The position numbers and the translations under genes are program-made. This document shows positions 42,051 through 51,784 of a stretch of 64,000 nucleotides of DNA, in pieces. Numbering within the stretch: position 1 is the first letter of the stretch; every line of letters begins with the position of its first letter. Source of the stretch: Nitrospirota bacterium (GTDB lineage: Bacteria; Nitrospirota; UBA9217); contig CAVWHO010000016.1 of assembly GCA_963754875.1 (NCBI GenBank), positions 160,001 to 224,000 on the forward strand. Direction: 5' to 3'. Under the pieces are notes generated by a model that was not told the origin of the DNA, made no database searches, and saw only the letters and a list, made by a program, of their open reading frames with translations.

Positions 42051-43290
42051 GATCTTCTCCCGTTATCTCGCCAAGCATGGACATGGTCTTGTTCAGGTTC
42101 ACCAGCTCTTCCTGCTCCATGAGCTGGTACTTCAGGAGCATGTTCTCGCTTTCCAGCAGCGTCATAAAATCGGTTTTCCCTACCTGGTAATTCGTCGTAG
42201 CGGACTGGAGCGACAGCTTCGCCTGCGGAATGATCCCCGCTTCATAGAGATCGATGTGGTGCTCCGCAGTCTTCACCATGGAATAGAGGTCGCGCACCCG
42301 GGCCAGCGTCGCAAGCCGCTCTGCGTCGTACTCATAGCGCGCAGCGCTGAGGTCCGCAGACGCGGACTTCACGCCCGTTGATTTATTCCAAAAGTAGAGC
42401 GGAATTTTGAACATCACACTCGCCTGCCATACGTCCGTTTTTTCGCCCCGCGTGAACCATCCGCCGGATACCACCATGTCCGGCAGGTATTCCCTGCGGC
42501 TCAGGGAAAGCTCTTCCCTGCTTTGTTCCACCGTCCGCTGTTTTCCCTTCAGCATCGGGGAATGCTCGATCGCCATGGCGGCCATTTCATCTACGGTAAC
42601 AGCGGGCGTCGCCCTCGGAAGCTCATCAGGCCTGCCAAGGGGCGCAAGGGGATTGCGGCCAACAAGGCTGTTGATGGCCGACGCTTGTGCTTCTTTTTTC
42701 TGTTCCTCTTCGGCAAGCCGGTCCAGGATCATGGAGACCTCAAGCTGGGCTCGAATTACATCCTGTTGGGTCCCTTGGCCTGTTGCGTACCGTGTTTCGG
42801 CGATGCGCTGAAAATTCTTCAAGAGTTCCTTGGTCTGGTCCAGAATCTCGGCGGATTTGAACGCGAGGAAATATTCATAGTACGCGGACCTGAGGCTATT
42901 CAATACTTTAAGCTTTGTTTCGCGGGCAGCCTCATCCATCCTTTCCGCTTCTTTGCCAGCTGCACGGCCTTTTGCCCCGAGCTTGCCCGGAAACGGGATC
43001 TCCTGAGTGAAGACCACGCCTTGCATGCTCATATCTTCCGTTCCTACACTCCACGTGCCTGGAGACCCGACATTCTGCACCATATAGCCAATCATGGGAT
43101 CAGGCATCGCCGCGGCAACGATCTTCCTGTCATCTGATGCCTCGGCTTTCTTCGCCGCCATGAGGATTTCGGGATTGTTCTGAAGCGCCTCCTGCTCAAG
43201 ATCTTTCAGCAAAATGAGGGAATCATCGGCGAGGGAAACTGTGGGAACGAGGAGAACCGCAATTACCAAAACGACCATAGGGATCCGCAT
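42040..43290 (-). CDS. TolC-family outer-membrane efflux protein
   Basis: ALQNNPEI, QEIPFPGK, YQVGKTDF motifs; in operon with cusBA. Confidence 0.88.
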   Translation of the reverse strand: MRIPMVVLVIAVLLVPTVSLADDSLILLKDLEQEALQNNPEILMAAKKAEASDDRKIVAAAMPDPMIGYMVQNVGSPGTWSVGTEDMSMQGVVFTQEIPFPGKLGAKGRAAGKEAERMDEAARETKLKVLNSLRSAYYEYFLAFKSAEILDQTKELLKNFQRIAETRYATGQGTQQDVIRAQLEVSMILDRLAEEEQKKEAQASAINSLVGRNPLAPLGRPDELPRATPAVTVDEMAAMAIEHSPMLKGKQRTVEQSREELSLSRREYLPDMVVSGGWFTRGEKTDVWQASVMFKIPLYFWNKSTGVKSASADLSAARYEYDAERLATLARVRDLYSMVKTAEHHIDLYEAGIIPQAKLSLQSATTNYQVGKTDFMTLLESENMLLKYQLMEQEELVNLNKTMSMLGEITGEDHEM

Positions 43291-43565
43291 TGCCAACCTC
43301 CTGGGGTTGTTATTGTGCAAGGTTCAGACCATCATAGCAAAAACAGTTTATCGTGACAAATCAAACCGTTATGGGCAGGATGACTCAGCATGATAATTTT
43401 TGTGGAGCGCTTGCTGAAGTGGATGTAGTATTTGATACAGGCGGCAGATGATCTGATAGCGGACAAACAAAATCGAAAGCGTTTATTCTCGCGCAGAGGC
43501 TTTTCATAATCCGCTTAGAGATGAGAGAATGGCGGGGAAAGGACTTGCGGCCCGCTGGTGGTCCG

Positions 43566-44447
43566 TTACTTCATTCTGGCAAGCCGATCCTTAGCGATTT
43601 CAGCTTCATTGGAAGCAGCATGCTCCCTGATGACCCTGTGAAGATACTCTTTTGCTTTAGGAAAATTTTTCTCGTTTAGGTACGAGAGCCCGATCTTTAG
43701 TTTTGCGCCGGCTACTTTGTCGCTCTTGGGGTAGTTTTTGATGACCTTGGCAAAGGCCTCGATCGCCTTGCTGAACTCTTTCTTGGAGTAATAGCATTCG
43801 CCGACCCAGTATTGAGCCTTGTCCACCGTGCTGGTATCGGGATACTGGACAACATAATTCTGGAACCCGGCAAGAGCGAGGTCGAAATGCCCCTTGTCGT
43901 AATCGTGTTTCGCCTGTCGATAGGCTTCGGAAGGCTCGATCGTCTTCGGGGTCGATGACTTCCCTTTGCCCGCCGCAGTCGGGGACGCGGCCGTAGGTGT
44001 CCCCGCGCTCAGCAGCTTAACTTTTGCATCGAGTTCGTCGACACGGGCTGAAAGCTCTGCAATTTTGACGGCCCGGTCATCCAATTTCTGCGAAAGTTCC
44101 GCGATGCGGAAGTTGTTTTCTTCAAGCTTGCCTTGAAGGAGCTGTAAATCCGTAGTTAGCTGGTCGTTTTTGGCACCATAGTCAGCCATGACCTTCTGCG
44201 CGTCCACGGATCCCTTGACATTCTCATCGAGCATATCAAGACGCTTCAGGATGTCCCGGTCGAGGCGTTTCTGCAGTTCCTGCGCAAGCGCTTTGGTGTT
44301 TTTCACGTCCTGGCGCAGATCCGTCATCTCGGACTGGGTTTTGACCAGTTCGGCCTGGGGGGCACAGGCGGCCAGCAAGAATAGGATACCGGAAATGGTG
44401 AGTAAAGGCTTGGCTGTCATCTGACTCTTTACGAATTCCTTCCGCAC
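43566..44447 (-). CDS. cpoB: Tol-Pal system protein CpoB/YbgF
   Basis: Lipobox LAAC, coiled coil, TPR (AQYWVGECYY); downstream of pal. Confidence 0.88.
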   Translation of the reverse strand: MRKEFVKSQMTAKPLLTISGILFLLAACAPQAELVKTQSEMTDLRQDVKNTKALAQELQKRLDRDILKRLDMLDENVKGSVDAQKVMADYGAKNDQLTTDLQLLQGKLEENNFRIAELSQKLDDRAVKIAELSARVDELDAKVKLLSAGTPTAASPTAAGKGKSSTPKTIEPSEAYRQAKHDYDKGHFDLALAGFQNYVVQYPDTSTVDKAQYWVGECYYSKKEFSKAIEAFAKVIKNYPKSDKVAGAKLKIGLSYLNEKNFPKAKEYLHRVIREHAASNEAEIAKDRLARMK

Positions 44448-44561
44448 ACTCGACTAACGGGAACCGGGGACGCGGGAAAGTTGAGAGGGGGAAAGGCGAC
44501 GCGAGGCAATTAACTCCGCGTCACCACTTCACCCCTTTTTTGCTTCGTGAAACCTGCGTTC

Positions 44562-45128
44562 CTACTCTGTTAGGGCCACGAGATCATCTCTGCGGTTTTT
44601 CTGCCAGCAGTCTTCGGTATGCTCCGTGCAGACGGGTTTTTCCTTGCCGTAGCTGATGAGCGAGATGCGTTTAGATGAGATCCCCATATCGGTAAGATAT
44701 TTCTTCGCGCTCGTTGCCCGGCGCTGCCCGAGGGCCTGGTTGTATTCCTTGGTGCCCCGTTCGTCGCAGTTCCCCTCTATCCTGATCTTGATCTTAGGAT
44801 TGGCCTTGAGCCACTCGGCATTGGCTTTCATCACGGACCGAGCGTCGTCGCGGATAAAGGACCTGTCAAAATCGAAGTAGATCGGCTGCAGACCGGCTGA
44901 TGCGGCCGCGGCACGCTCTTTGGACTCTTCCTGTGCCGCTTCCGGTTTGGCCTCTTCCTTCGTGGGCTCGGTCTTTTGTTCAACCTTCGGCTCTTCCTTG
45001 GCAGGTGCGACGGCGGTTTCCTGTGATTCAGGCGAAGTAGTTACTTCCGCTTTCTTGGGGCAGCCCCAGAGAACCAGGATACTCAACAACATAATGACCG
45101 GAACATACATACGTTTTCTGCTCATCAT
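44562..45128 (-). CDS. pal: Peptidoglycan-associated lipoprotein
   Basis: LWGC lipobox, IYFDFD, EGNCDERGTKEYNQALGQRRA motifs. Confidence 0.95.
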   Translation of the reverse strand: MMSRKRMYVPVIMLLSILVLWGCPKKAEVTTSPESQETAVAPAKEEPKVEQKTEPTKEEAKPEAAQEESKERAAAASAGLQPIYFDFDRSFIRDDARSVMKANAEWLKANPKIKIRIEGNCDERGTKEYNQALGQRRATSAKKYLTDMGISSKRISLISYGKEKPVCTEHTEDCWQKNRRDDLVALTE

Positions 45129-45329
45129 ATATCCTCCTCTATTCTGTTGTTTCAAAATGAATAATAACAGACAAGCAAATGCAAGACCTTATGTGCGGGA
45201 ATACGTTCTGAAGATAGCATACAACCCTACTCTTGTCAACGGTAAAGGATTTTCGACCATCTGGGCGTCCTGCTACAAAGTGCACGGTATCATTGACGCT
45301 TATTGCTCCAAAACTTCTGCACCGTCTTG

Positions 45330-45630
45330 CCGAGTTGTGCATGGTTTGCGCCGTGGACACGGCGCCGCAGAAACCGTAATTCCGGAACTGTCCCCTGATG
45401 AGGTCGTTTGAGTAATCGCCCGATACGATCCTTTGTTTTCACATCGCATTCCAGCAGCCTTTTCATGACTCCTCGCCCCCCTGCCGGGGGAATGGTCAGG
45501 TCCATGATGACGACGCTAATGGCAGCCTTTTTTTCCTCGGCATAGACGTGGAACGTTTCCTGGCCGTCGCGGGCGCAGAACACAGCGTTTCCCAGTGGCT
45601 CAAGCCGTTTTCCCCTCCTCCGCTTGCTGC
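45330..45630 (-). pseudogene. Degraded receiver-domain fragment
   Basis: ARDGQE..VVIMDLTIP with frameshifted downstream segments. Confidence 0.5.
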
Positions 45631-45633
45631 TGA

Positions 45634-46143
45634 TCACCACCCGTTATCATGGACCCGCGAACCGTCGAAGCGGTCTTGTGCCTGTTTGATCTCCGCCGGG
45701 AACCCGAGCGGGATGAGAGAAAACGGCACGACGTGTTGCGGCATGCCCAACAACCTCCGAAGGTTCATGACCCGGTCTTCAGTCGGATATACACCGCACC
45801 AGACCGAGCCGAGCCCTTTTGCATGGGCGGCAAGCAGCATATTTTGCGTTGCCGCCGCGCAGTCGAGCACCCAGTATCCTTTGTGTTTTTCCAGCGTGGG
45901 ATCGCCGCACACGAGGATGGCCGCGTGAGCCTGTTTCAGCATCCCGGCATAAGGATGGAACTGAGGGATCTCATCAAGGATCGCGCGGTCGGTTATGACG
46001 ATGAAATGCCATGGCCGCTCACCTCCCGCCGAAGGGGCGCTCATGGCTGCTTTCAGGATCTCCTCGATGAGTGTGCGGGAAACGGGCTTCGGTGTGTAGA
46101 GCCTGATACTCCTGCGGGAAAAGATCGCTTCCAGTGCTTCCAT
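45634..46143 (-). CDS. Nitroreductase-family flavoprotein
   Basis: RRSIRLY, APSAGGERPWHF, NMLLAAHAKGLGSVW motifs. Confidence 0.9.
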   Translation of the reverse strand: MEALEAIFSRRSIRLYTPKPVSRTLIEEILKAAMSAPSAGGERPWHFIVITDRAILDEIPQFHPYAGMLKQAHAAILVCGDPTLEKHKGYWVLDCAAATQNMLLAAHAKGLGSVWCGVYPTEDRVMNLRRLLGMPQHVVPFSLIPLGFPAEIKQAQDRFDGSRVHDNGW

Positions 46144-46162
46144 ACAGTCCTCCTTGCCGCGC

Positions 46163-47131
46163 TTAGCGCACTTTCGTCTGATATGTCCGGACCATCTCCT
46201 CGACGCCCCGTTCCAGAGTGTATTCAGGCTCCCAACTGAGCACGCGCCGGGCCTTATCGTTGAGAAACAGAAGATCGGAAGACGCATACTGCACATACGC
46301 ATTCAAGCTGAATTTCACATTAAACAGGCTGCCGACAAAGTCAAGAGCACGCGACGGAACGCCCAGTGCAACAGTCGGCACGGGCAAGAGCCTGAATTTT
46401 TTCCCGACTGATGCGGCAATGGCATTGAAAAAATCATACCAACTGTGACGCAGGCCGTCGGTAAGATTGAATGTTTGGCCTGCGGCATTCTCTTGCAAGC
46501 CGGCGAGGTAGATGGCGCGGGCAAGATCTTTCACATGAATGAGCGGGGCGACGTTATTTCCCTTTCCCACAAAGGGAAAACCAATAGGGCCGAATCGTTC
46601 GATTGCAGCGATTAACCCTCCGAGGTAACGGGAGCCAGAGCCGTAGACCACGCCGGGCCTGATGACGACGTACTCTACCGCTGTCTGTGCTGCAAGAATC
46701 TCTTCACACTGTTTCTTGTAGGCGGTGTAATGCTCTTCGGGGACAAGCTTCGGTTCTGTCTCTTCCGAGGAAGGAAGTGCCGAGGGAATGCCTGCCACGG
46801 TCAACGAGCTGATGAAGAGGAAGCGCTTTAAGCCCGCTTTTTCAATGTTGTTGAGAATCTTTTCTACAAGCTTCACGTTCTTCTTCGCGGCTCGGGGTGA
46901 TGTGTTCCTCAGCTCTCCGATATGGTAGAGCACATCCATGCCCGCCATGGCATCAACGAGTGAGCCGGCATCCTGGAGGTCTCCGCGAAAAAGCGAGACA
47001 TCTTTTCCTGCGAACTGCGCAGGAAGTTCAGCCGTTCGTGCAAAGAGCCGGACGGTGTGGCCGTTTTCCGCGAGCAGACTGACGACCTTGCTCCCGATGA
47101 ACCCTGTACCGCCGGTGACAAGTGCTTTCAT
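46163..47131 (-). CDS. NAD-dependent epimerase/dehydratase (extended SDR); in frame with the upstream rSAM in this assembly
   Basis: MKALVTGGTGFIG, YTAYK, IRPGVVYG motifs. Confidence 0.85.
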   Translation of the reverse strand: MKALVTGGTGFIGSKVVSLLAENGHTVRLFARTAELPAQFAGKDVSLFRGDLQDAGSLVDAMAGMDVLYHIGELRNTSPRAAKKNVKLVEKILNNIEKAGLKRFLFISSLTVAGIPSALPSSEETEPKLVPEEHYTAYKKQCEEILAAQTAVEYVVIRPGVVYGSGSRYLGGLIAAIERFGPIGFPFVGKGNNVAPLIHVKDLARAIYLAGLQENAAGQTFNLTDGLRHSWYDFFNAIAASVGKKFRLLPVPTVALGVPSRALDFVGSLFNVKFSLNAYVQYASSDLLFLNDKARRVLSWEPEYTLERGVEEMVRTYQTKVR

Positions 47132-48187
47132 ACATGCCAGCTTTGAAGCTTCAATAAAGCACTGCGGGTCTTCTGCAAGAAAATCGTCAACGCCGTGCGA
47201 CCGTGCATAGGCGTAAGCAATCGCCCGGCAGCCCCTGCACTGCGCCCACCGGCTGCAGGTGCGGCATTTACCCTTGTATCTGTTCCGGTCCCTGAGCGCA
47301 TCGAGGATCGGCGACGTTGACCAGAGCTCCCGGAGGGAATCCTTCATTACGTTCCCGAGAGAGAGGGGCAGCCTCCTGCAGGGCATTACATCTCCATTCG
47401 GGAGCACGGTCAAACCGGCAACACCCGCCGAGCATCCGCTGATGGCAACGGACCCGGCATCATCGTCCGTTTTCACCCGCATCTGCGACGCGACCGGGTC
47501 TCCGATTACGATTTCGATGCCGTCATGGCCGAGCGCGAATACTGTTTCATAGAGGTCCCTTACCTGCTCCCGGGTCAGCATTTGCGCGAGCAAGGACCTG
47601 CCTTTCCCGGCAGGCACGAGCCGCGAGAACCCGATCCGTTGTACCCGCATGTGCGAGCCAAGAGCGATAATTTTTTTTACCGTCGAAGCATTGATGGCGG
47701 AAAGCGTAGCGTTCAGCGTGATCGGAAGTTTTGCGTCGACAAGGCATTCGACTCCCTCTATTGAGGCACGAAAGCTCCCCTTGCCGCGGATCGCATCATG
47801 GACATCCTCCGGGCCTTCCATACTTACCTGAACTCCATCGACACCGAGATCAGCAAGACTCCGGGCCCGATCCCGGCTAACAAGGGTCCCGTTGGTAAGA
47901 ACATACATTTTGAATCCCTGCTTCTTGATTTCTCCCAGGATATCGAAGAGGTCTTTTTTCAGGAACGGTTCGCCGCCGGTAACATTCATACTTGGCGAAA
48001 AAGCGACCCCGTAAGTGTCCGACCAGTCTTTGATCATGTCCGATACTTCACCGACGACTCGTTTCATTTCAGACAAAGGCAGCTCTCCAGTGCTTCGCTC
48101 GCTCTGGTAACAGTGCCTGCACCGGAGGTTGCAGTTTTCCGTTAAATGCCACTGGATAAAAAACTCAAAGGGTTTATTGGTTGCCAT
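47132..48187 (-). CDS. Radical SAM/SPASM-domain enzyme (peptide-maturase type)
   Basis: CNLRCRHC (CX3CX2C), TGGEP, SPASM CSAG..NGDVMPC..CRTC..CRGCRA..EDPQC. Confidence 0.92.
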
Positions 48188-48324
48188 GAGATTTAAGGGA
48201 TGCAGCAGATTGCGAATAACTTCGTTTTACACTTGTCAATTATGATCTAAGAAAGATGAGGCGGCAGATCAGGCGGGCCCTCGTGCAACGGCACAGACCA
48301 GCCGGATCTGCCGGCTTGGGTGTT

Positions 48325-48340
48325 GTTGCTGACCAGCAAC
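48325..48340 (-). promoter_or_regulatory. Bacterial SECIS-like hairpin
   Basis: GTTGCT-GGTC-AGCAAC, closely resembling the E. coli fdhF SECIS apex GTTGCA-GGTC-TGCAC; loop starts 25 and 16 nt after the two TGAs. Confidence 0.7.
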
Positions 48341-48341
48341 G

Positions 48342-48464
48342 TTAGCTCTTTCAGCCCTTTCATTTGCGACAGAGAGTGCCGGGATTCTGCTTTGCAAGCC
48401 GCTTCATGGCATTCCAGTATGCTGCTTCTTTAGTAAGAGCGTCCCTGCTCATTTGCTTCTTCAT
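48342..48464 (-). CDS. Putative 40-aa selenocysteine-containing precursor peptide MKKQMSRDALTKEAAYWNAMKRLAKQNPGTLCRKUKGUKS
   Basis: AAGGTGA RBS; in-frame TGAs at 48360-48362 and 48351-48353 in C-x2-U-x2-U register; TAA stop; SECIS-like hairpin; upstream of rSAM/SPASM. Confidence 0.68.
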
Positions 48465-48571
48465 CCTGAATTCACCTTCTTTCTCTTGGCATGGAGATAA
48501 TCATATCATAAAAAAGGAGGTCCTGCGATGTCCCACCGTTCGCATATTACGAGGCGTTACAGTATGTGACT

Positions 48572-49318
48572 TCAAGGCCTCCCGGCCGCTTCCCGGTCGA
48601 GAAACCAGGCAAGCATCCCGCTTTTGGGCCGGACCAGTCCGGCTGGATATCCTTCAGAATTTCCCTCGTTCAAAATATTCTTAACCACCTTCGCTTTAGC
48701 CCCGCCCGTCGCAAGGAATAACACATAAGAGGAATGGTTGATGATCGGAAGTGTAAGGGTAACCCGGCTCATCTTGGGCTTTTCGAAATACACGGGAACG
48801 GCGATCCGCGCAGTTTCATGGAGCGCCGATGAACCGGGAAAGAGAGATGCCGTATGCCCGTCCTCGCCTACGCCCAACATGATAAGGTCAAAGGCGGGGA
48901 TATGCGTTCCATAGAAGTCCTTGATGCTCTGTTCGTATTTACGTGCCGCTTCGCCGGGATCCGCTTCTCCCTCCACGCGGTGAATATTGTTCTTCGGCAG
49001 GGGAACATGCATCAGCAACTCATCGCGAAGCAGTGCATAGTTGCTTTCAGGATGATCGGACGGAACGCACCTCTCGTCTGCCCAGAACAGGTGTATGCGG
49101 CGCCAGTCGACTGTGGTTTGATAGGGTGTCGAGCCGAGCAGCGCGTACAGTCGCCGCGGCGTTGAACCGCCTGAAAGGGCAACGACAAATCTCCCTTGCG
49201 CGGCAATCGCCGCGCGTGAAAGCGAGTAAAACGATTGGGCAGCCGCGCGGCTCAGCGCTTCGAGATCTTCGAATACTAAAACCTCCATCCCGCCTCGGAC
49301 ATTCACAAAGGTCTCCAC
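48572..49318 (-). CDS. pgl: 6-phosphogluconolactonase
   Basis: ALSGGSTP, WADERCVP, GVGEDGHTASLFP motifs. Confidence 0.93.
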   Translation of the reverse strand: METFVNVRGGMEVLVFEDLEALSRAAAQSFYSLSRAAIAAQGRFVVALSGGSTPRRLYALLGSTPYQTTVDWRRIHLFWADERCVPSDHPESNYALLRDELLMHVPLPKNNIHRVEGEADPGEAARKYEQSIKDFYGTHIPAFDLIMLGVGEDGHTASLFPGSSALHETARIAVPVYFEKPKMSRVTLTLPIINHSSYVLFLATGGAKAKVVKNILNEGNSEGYPAGLVRPKSGMLAWFLDREAAGRP

Positions 49319-50880
49319 GAGCGTCCGATTTTTTTCAGCAGGCGCAGCGCCTCATTTGGCCCGTCCGTCCCCGCGGGGTACAGTGCGAGCGGCACGCCCT
49401 TTCCCGAATCGACAGCATCGAGCACCGGGGTAAGCGCTGACCATGCAAGCTCCACGCTGTCTTCGCGCATGAAGAGCATATGGTCGCCGATCATGCAGTC
49501 CAGCAGGACCCATTCGTAGGCGTCGAGTGCCATGCCGCGGGAATAATCGTATTTCATCTCCACCGGGTTCAGGCAGATCTTGGTGCCTGCCTCTTTGGTC
49601 TGGAACGTCAGGCTCATTCCCTCTTCCGGTTGTATCTTCAGAACGATGGAGTTCGGTTCAATGGGACCGCTGACCGAATCGGGAAACATGGAGTGCGGCA
49701 CTTCACGGAATTGAACGGCGATCTCCGTTTTCCTCACCCCAAGGCGCTTCCCGGAACGGAGAAAAAAAGGAACACCGTGCCAGCGCCAGTTGTCGATAAA
49801 TGCTTGCATGGCCGCAAAGGTCGGCGTTAGCGATGCTGCTGCTACGCCCTGTTCCTGGCGGTAGCCGGGGACTTCGCTGCCGTCGATCGTCCCTTTTGTA
49901 TACTGCCCGACCACAAGTTGATCGGCCAGCGTATCGAGGGACAGGTGCCTGAGGGAACGGAGGACCTTTGCCTTTTCATCCTGCACGCGGTCGGCGATGA
50001 ACACCGCGGGTGGCTCCATGGCAATGAGGCTCAGGAGCTGGAACATGTGGTTCTGGAACATATCACGAATCACGCCCGCTCCTTCATAATAACCGGCACG
50101 GTGTTCCACGCCGATGGTTTCGGTGGCCGTGATCTGTACATGGTCCACATACCGCCGGTTCCACAACGGCTCGAAAATGGCGTTCGCGAACCGGAACATC
50201 AAAATATTCTGCACTGTCTCTTTGGCCAGGTAGTGGTCGATGCGGAATATCTGGCTTTCTTTATAATGGGTATGTACGAGTTGGTTCAATTTCCGGGCCG
50301 AGGCAAGGTCATGGCCGAAGGGCTTCTCGATCACGATATGGCTGCAGCCCTTTTCCTCGCGCGACAGCCCCGCAGCTGCGAGATTGTGGATCACGCTTTC
50401 GAAGACCGTCGGCGGTATGGCCAGATAAAAAATGCGGTTCCCCGTGGTCTTATGCTTGCTCTCGAGCTTCGGAAGGATATCGACAAGATCGACGGTGTAC
50501 GACGCCAGGTTCTCGTAATTGAAGGTGGAGTAATAGAGATGGGGCACGAACTCGTCCCACACCCGCTGATCAAAATCACGCGGCAGCGTCGTTTTGACCG
50601 CGTCCTGCATGGACCCGCGGAATTGCTCGGTCGTCATCCTGATACGGCTGGTGCCGAGAATAAAAAACAGCTGCGTGAGCATTCTGTTTTTGAAGAGCCG
50701 GTAAAGCGACGGGAGGAGCTTCCGCCGCATAAGATCGCCGGACGCGCCGAAAATGATGAATGCCGCCGGCTGCGGTACCTCGACATCACAGTTCTCGACG
50801 CGGTGATACGCCTGCAGAGAGTCTGCACCGTCCCCTGCCAACTCCATGCTTTTTTGACGGGTGGCGTCATCCTTGTTCAT
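49303..50880 (-). CDS. zwf: Glucose-6-phosphate dehydrogenase
   Basis: GASGDL, EKPFG, RIDHYLAKE motifs. Confidence 0.95.
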   Translation of the reverse strand: MNKDDATRQKSMELAGDGADSLQAYHRVENCDVEVPQPAAFIIFGASGDLMRRKLLPSLYRLFKNRMLTQLFFILGTSRIRMTTEQFRGSMQDAVKTTLPRDFDQRVWDEFVPHLYYSTFNYENLASYTVDLVDILPKLESKHKTTGNRIFYLAIPPTVFESVIHNLAAAGLSREEKGCSHIVIEKPFGHDLASARKLNQLVHTHYKESQIFRIDHYLAKETVQNILMFRFANAIFEPLWNRRYVDHVQITATETIGVEHRAGYYEGAGVIRDMFQNHMFQLLSLIAMEPPAVFIADRVQDEKAKVLRSLRHLSLDTLADQLVVGQYTKGTIDGSEVPGYRQEQGVAAASLTPTFAAMQAFIDNWRWHGVPFFLRSGKRLGVRKTEIAVQFREVPHSMFPDSVSGPIEPNSIVLKIQPEEGMSLTFQTKEAGTKICLNPVEMKYDYSRGMALDAYEWVLLDCMIGDHMLFMREDSVELAWSALTPVLDAVDSGKGVPLALYPAGTDGPNEALRLLKKIGRSWRPL

Positions 50881-51761
50881 GCTATCTTCCTTTTTTCGGA
50901 TTTTATCAATCTGTTCCAGTCCTCGGAAAACCGTTCCATTCCCCTGGTTGTCAGCTCATGCCGTACATCGTATTCCTCCCATTTTTTGTCGAGTTGTATC
51001 TCTTTGTAGGGAATGGGCTTCGGGAATTGAGCGTTGTAGCGGTAATCGTCTCCAGGCAGAGGCATCCCCTTTTCACCCCAGGCTTTCAATATTTCGTAGG
51101 GCGCTGTAATGATGTCCGTCCCCAGCTTGAGCGCATACAGGAAGTGTTCGATGTTCCGCACGCTCGCGGTCAGGATTTCCACGCGGTCTTCTCCCTGCGC
51201 ATACATACGCAGGATATTGGCGATCACATCCATGCCGTTCTCACCGCGGTCATCGAGTCTCCCGACGAACGGTGAAACGAACACCTGCCCTTTCCGGGCG
51301 CCCCGCGCTGCCGCATACACTGCCGCTGCCTGCTCCTGTGAGAAGCAGAGCGTCATGTTCACACGCATTCCCGTCTGTACCGCCCGCTCTGCCGCTTTGA
51401 GCCCTTCCCGGTTCGTCGGAAACTTGACATGCGCATTGGCGATCCAGGAAAACATTTCTTTCCCCTGCTTTAGCATCGTTTCGGCCTGGGTCGTTACGTC
51501 GGCATAGACCTCCACGGATATCGATCCCCCGGGGATTAACCCGCAGAGGGTTGTTACGACCCCGCGATAAAAATCAAGTACCTCTTTAACGCTGAACGTC
51601 TCGCCCCGCTCAAGCCTTGCGCGGGCTTCAGGGTTCTTCGCGATCAGCGTCGGGTTTGTTGTCTGGCCGTCGAGGAACCCGAGGAGCCGTATGATGTCCT
51701 TCGTTTCCACCGGATCACCGCCGTCCAGAAATATTTTTGTTTTGAGTTTTTGCGGCCTCAT
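50877..51761 (-). CDS. tal: Transaldolase
   Basis: GQTTNPTL, VNMTLCFS, SPFVGRLDD motifs. Confidence 0.9.
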   Translation of the reverse strand: MRPQKLKTKIFLDGGDPVETKDIIRLLGFLDGQTTNPTLIAKNPEARARLERGETFSVKEVLDFYRGVVTTLCGLIPGGSISVEVYADVTTQAETMLKQGKEMFSWIANAHVKFPTNREGLKAAERAVQTGMRVNMTLCFSQEQAAAVYAAARGARKGQVFVSPFVGRLDDRGENGMDVIANILRMYAQGEDRVEILTASVRNIEHFLYALKLGTDIITAPYEILKAWGEKGMPLPGDDYRYNAQFPKPIPYKEIQLDKKWEEYDVRHELTTRGMERFSEDWNRLIKSEKRKIA

Positions 51762-51784
51762 TCCAATCCCCCCTTTTTGCCAGG

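Noticed and set aside
43424..43439. TGTAGT-ATTT-GATACA upstream of the TolC/cus operon
   Set aside because: Fits GTA-N8-TAC but lacks a -10 at 22-23 nt and lies outside the island; may be chance.
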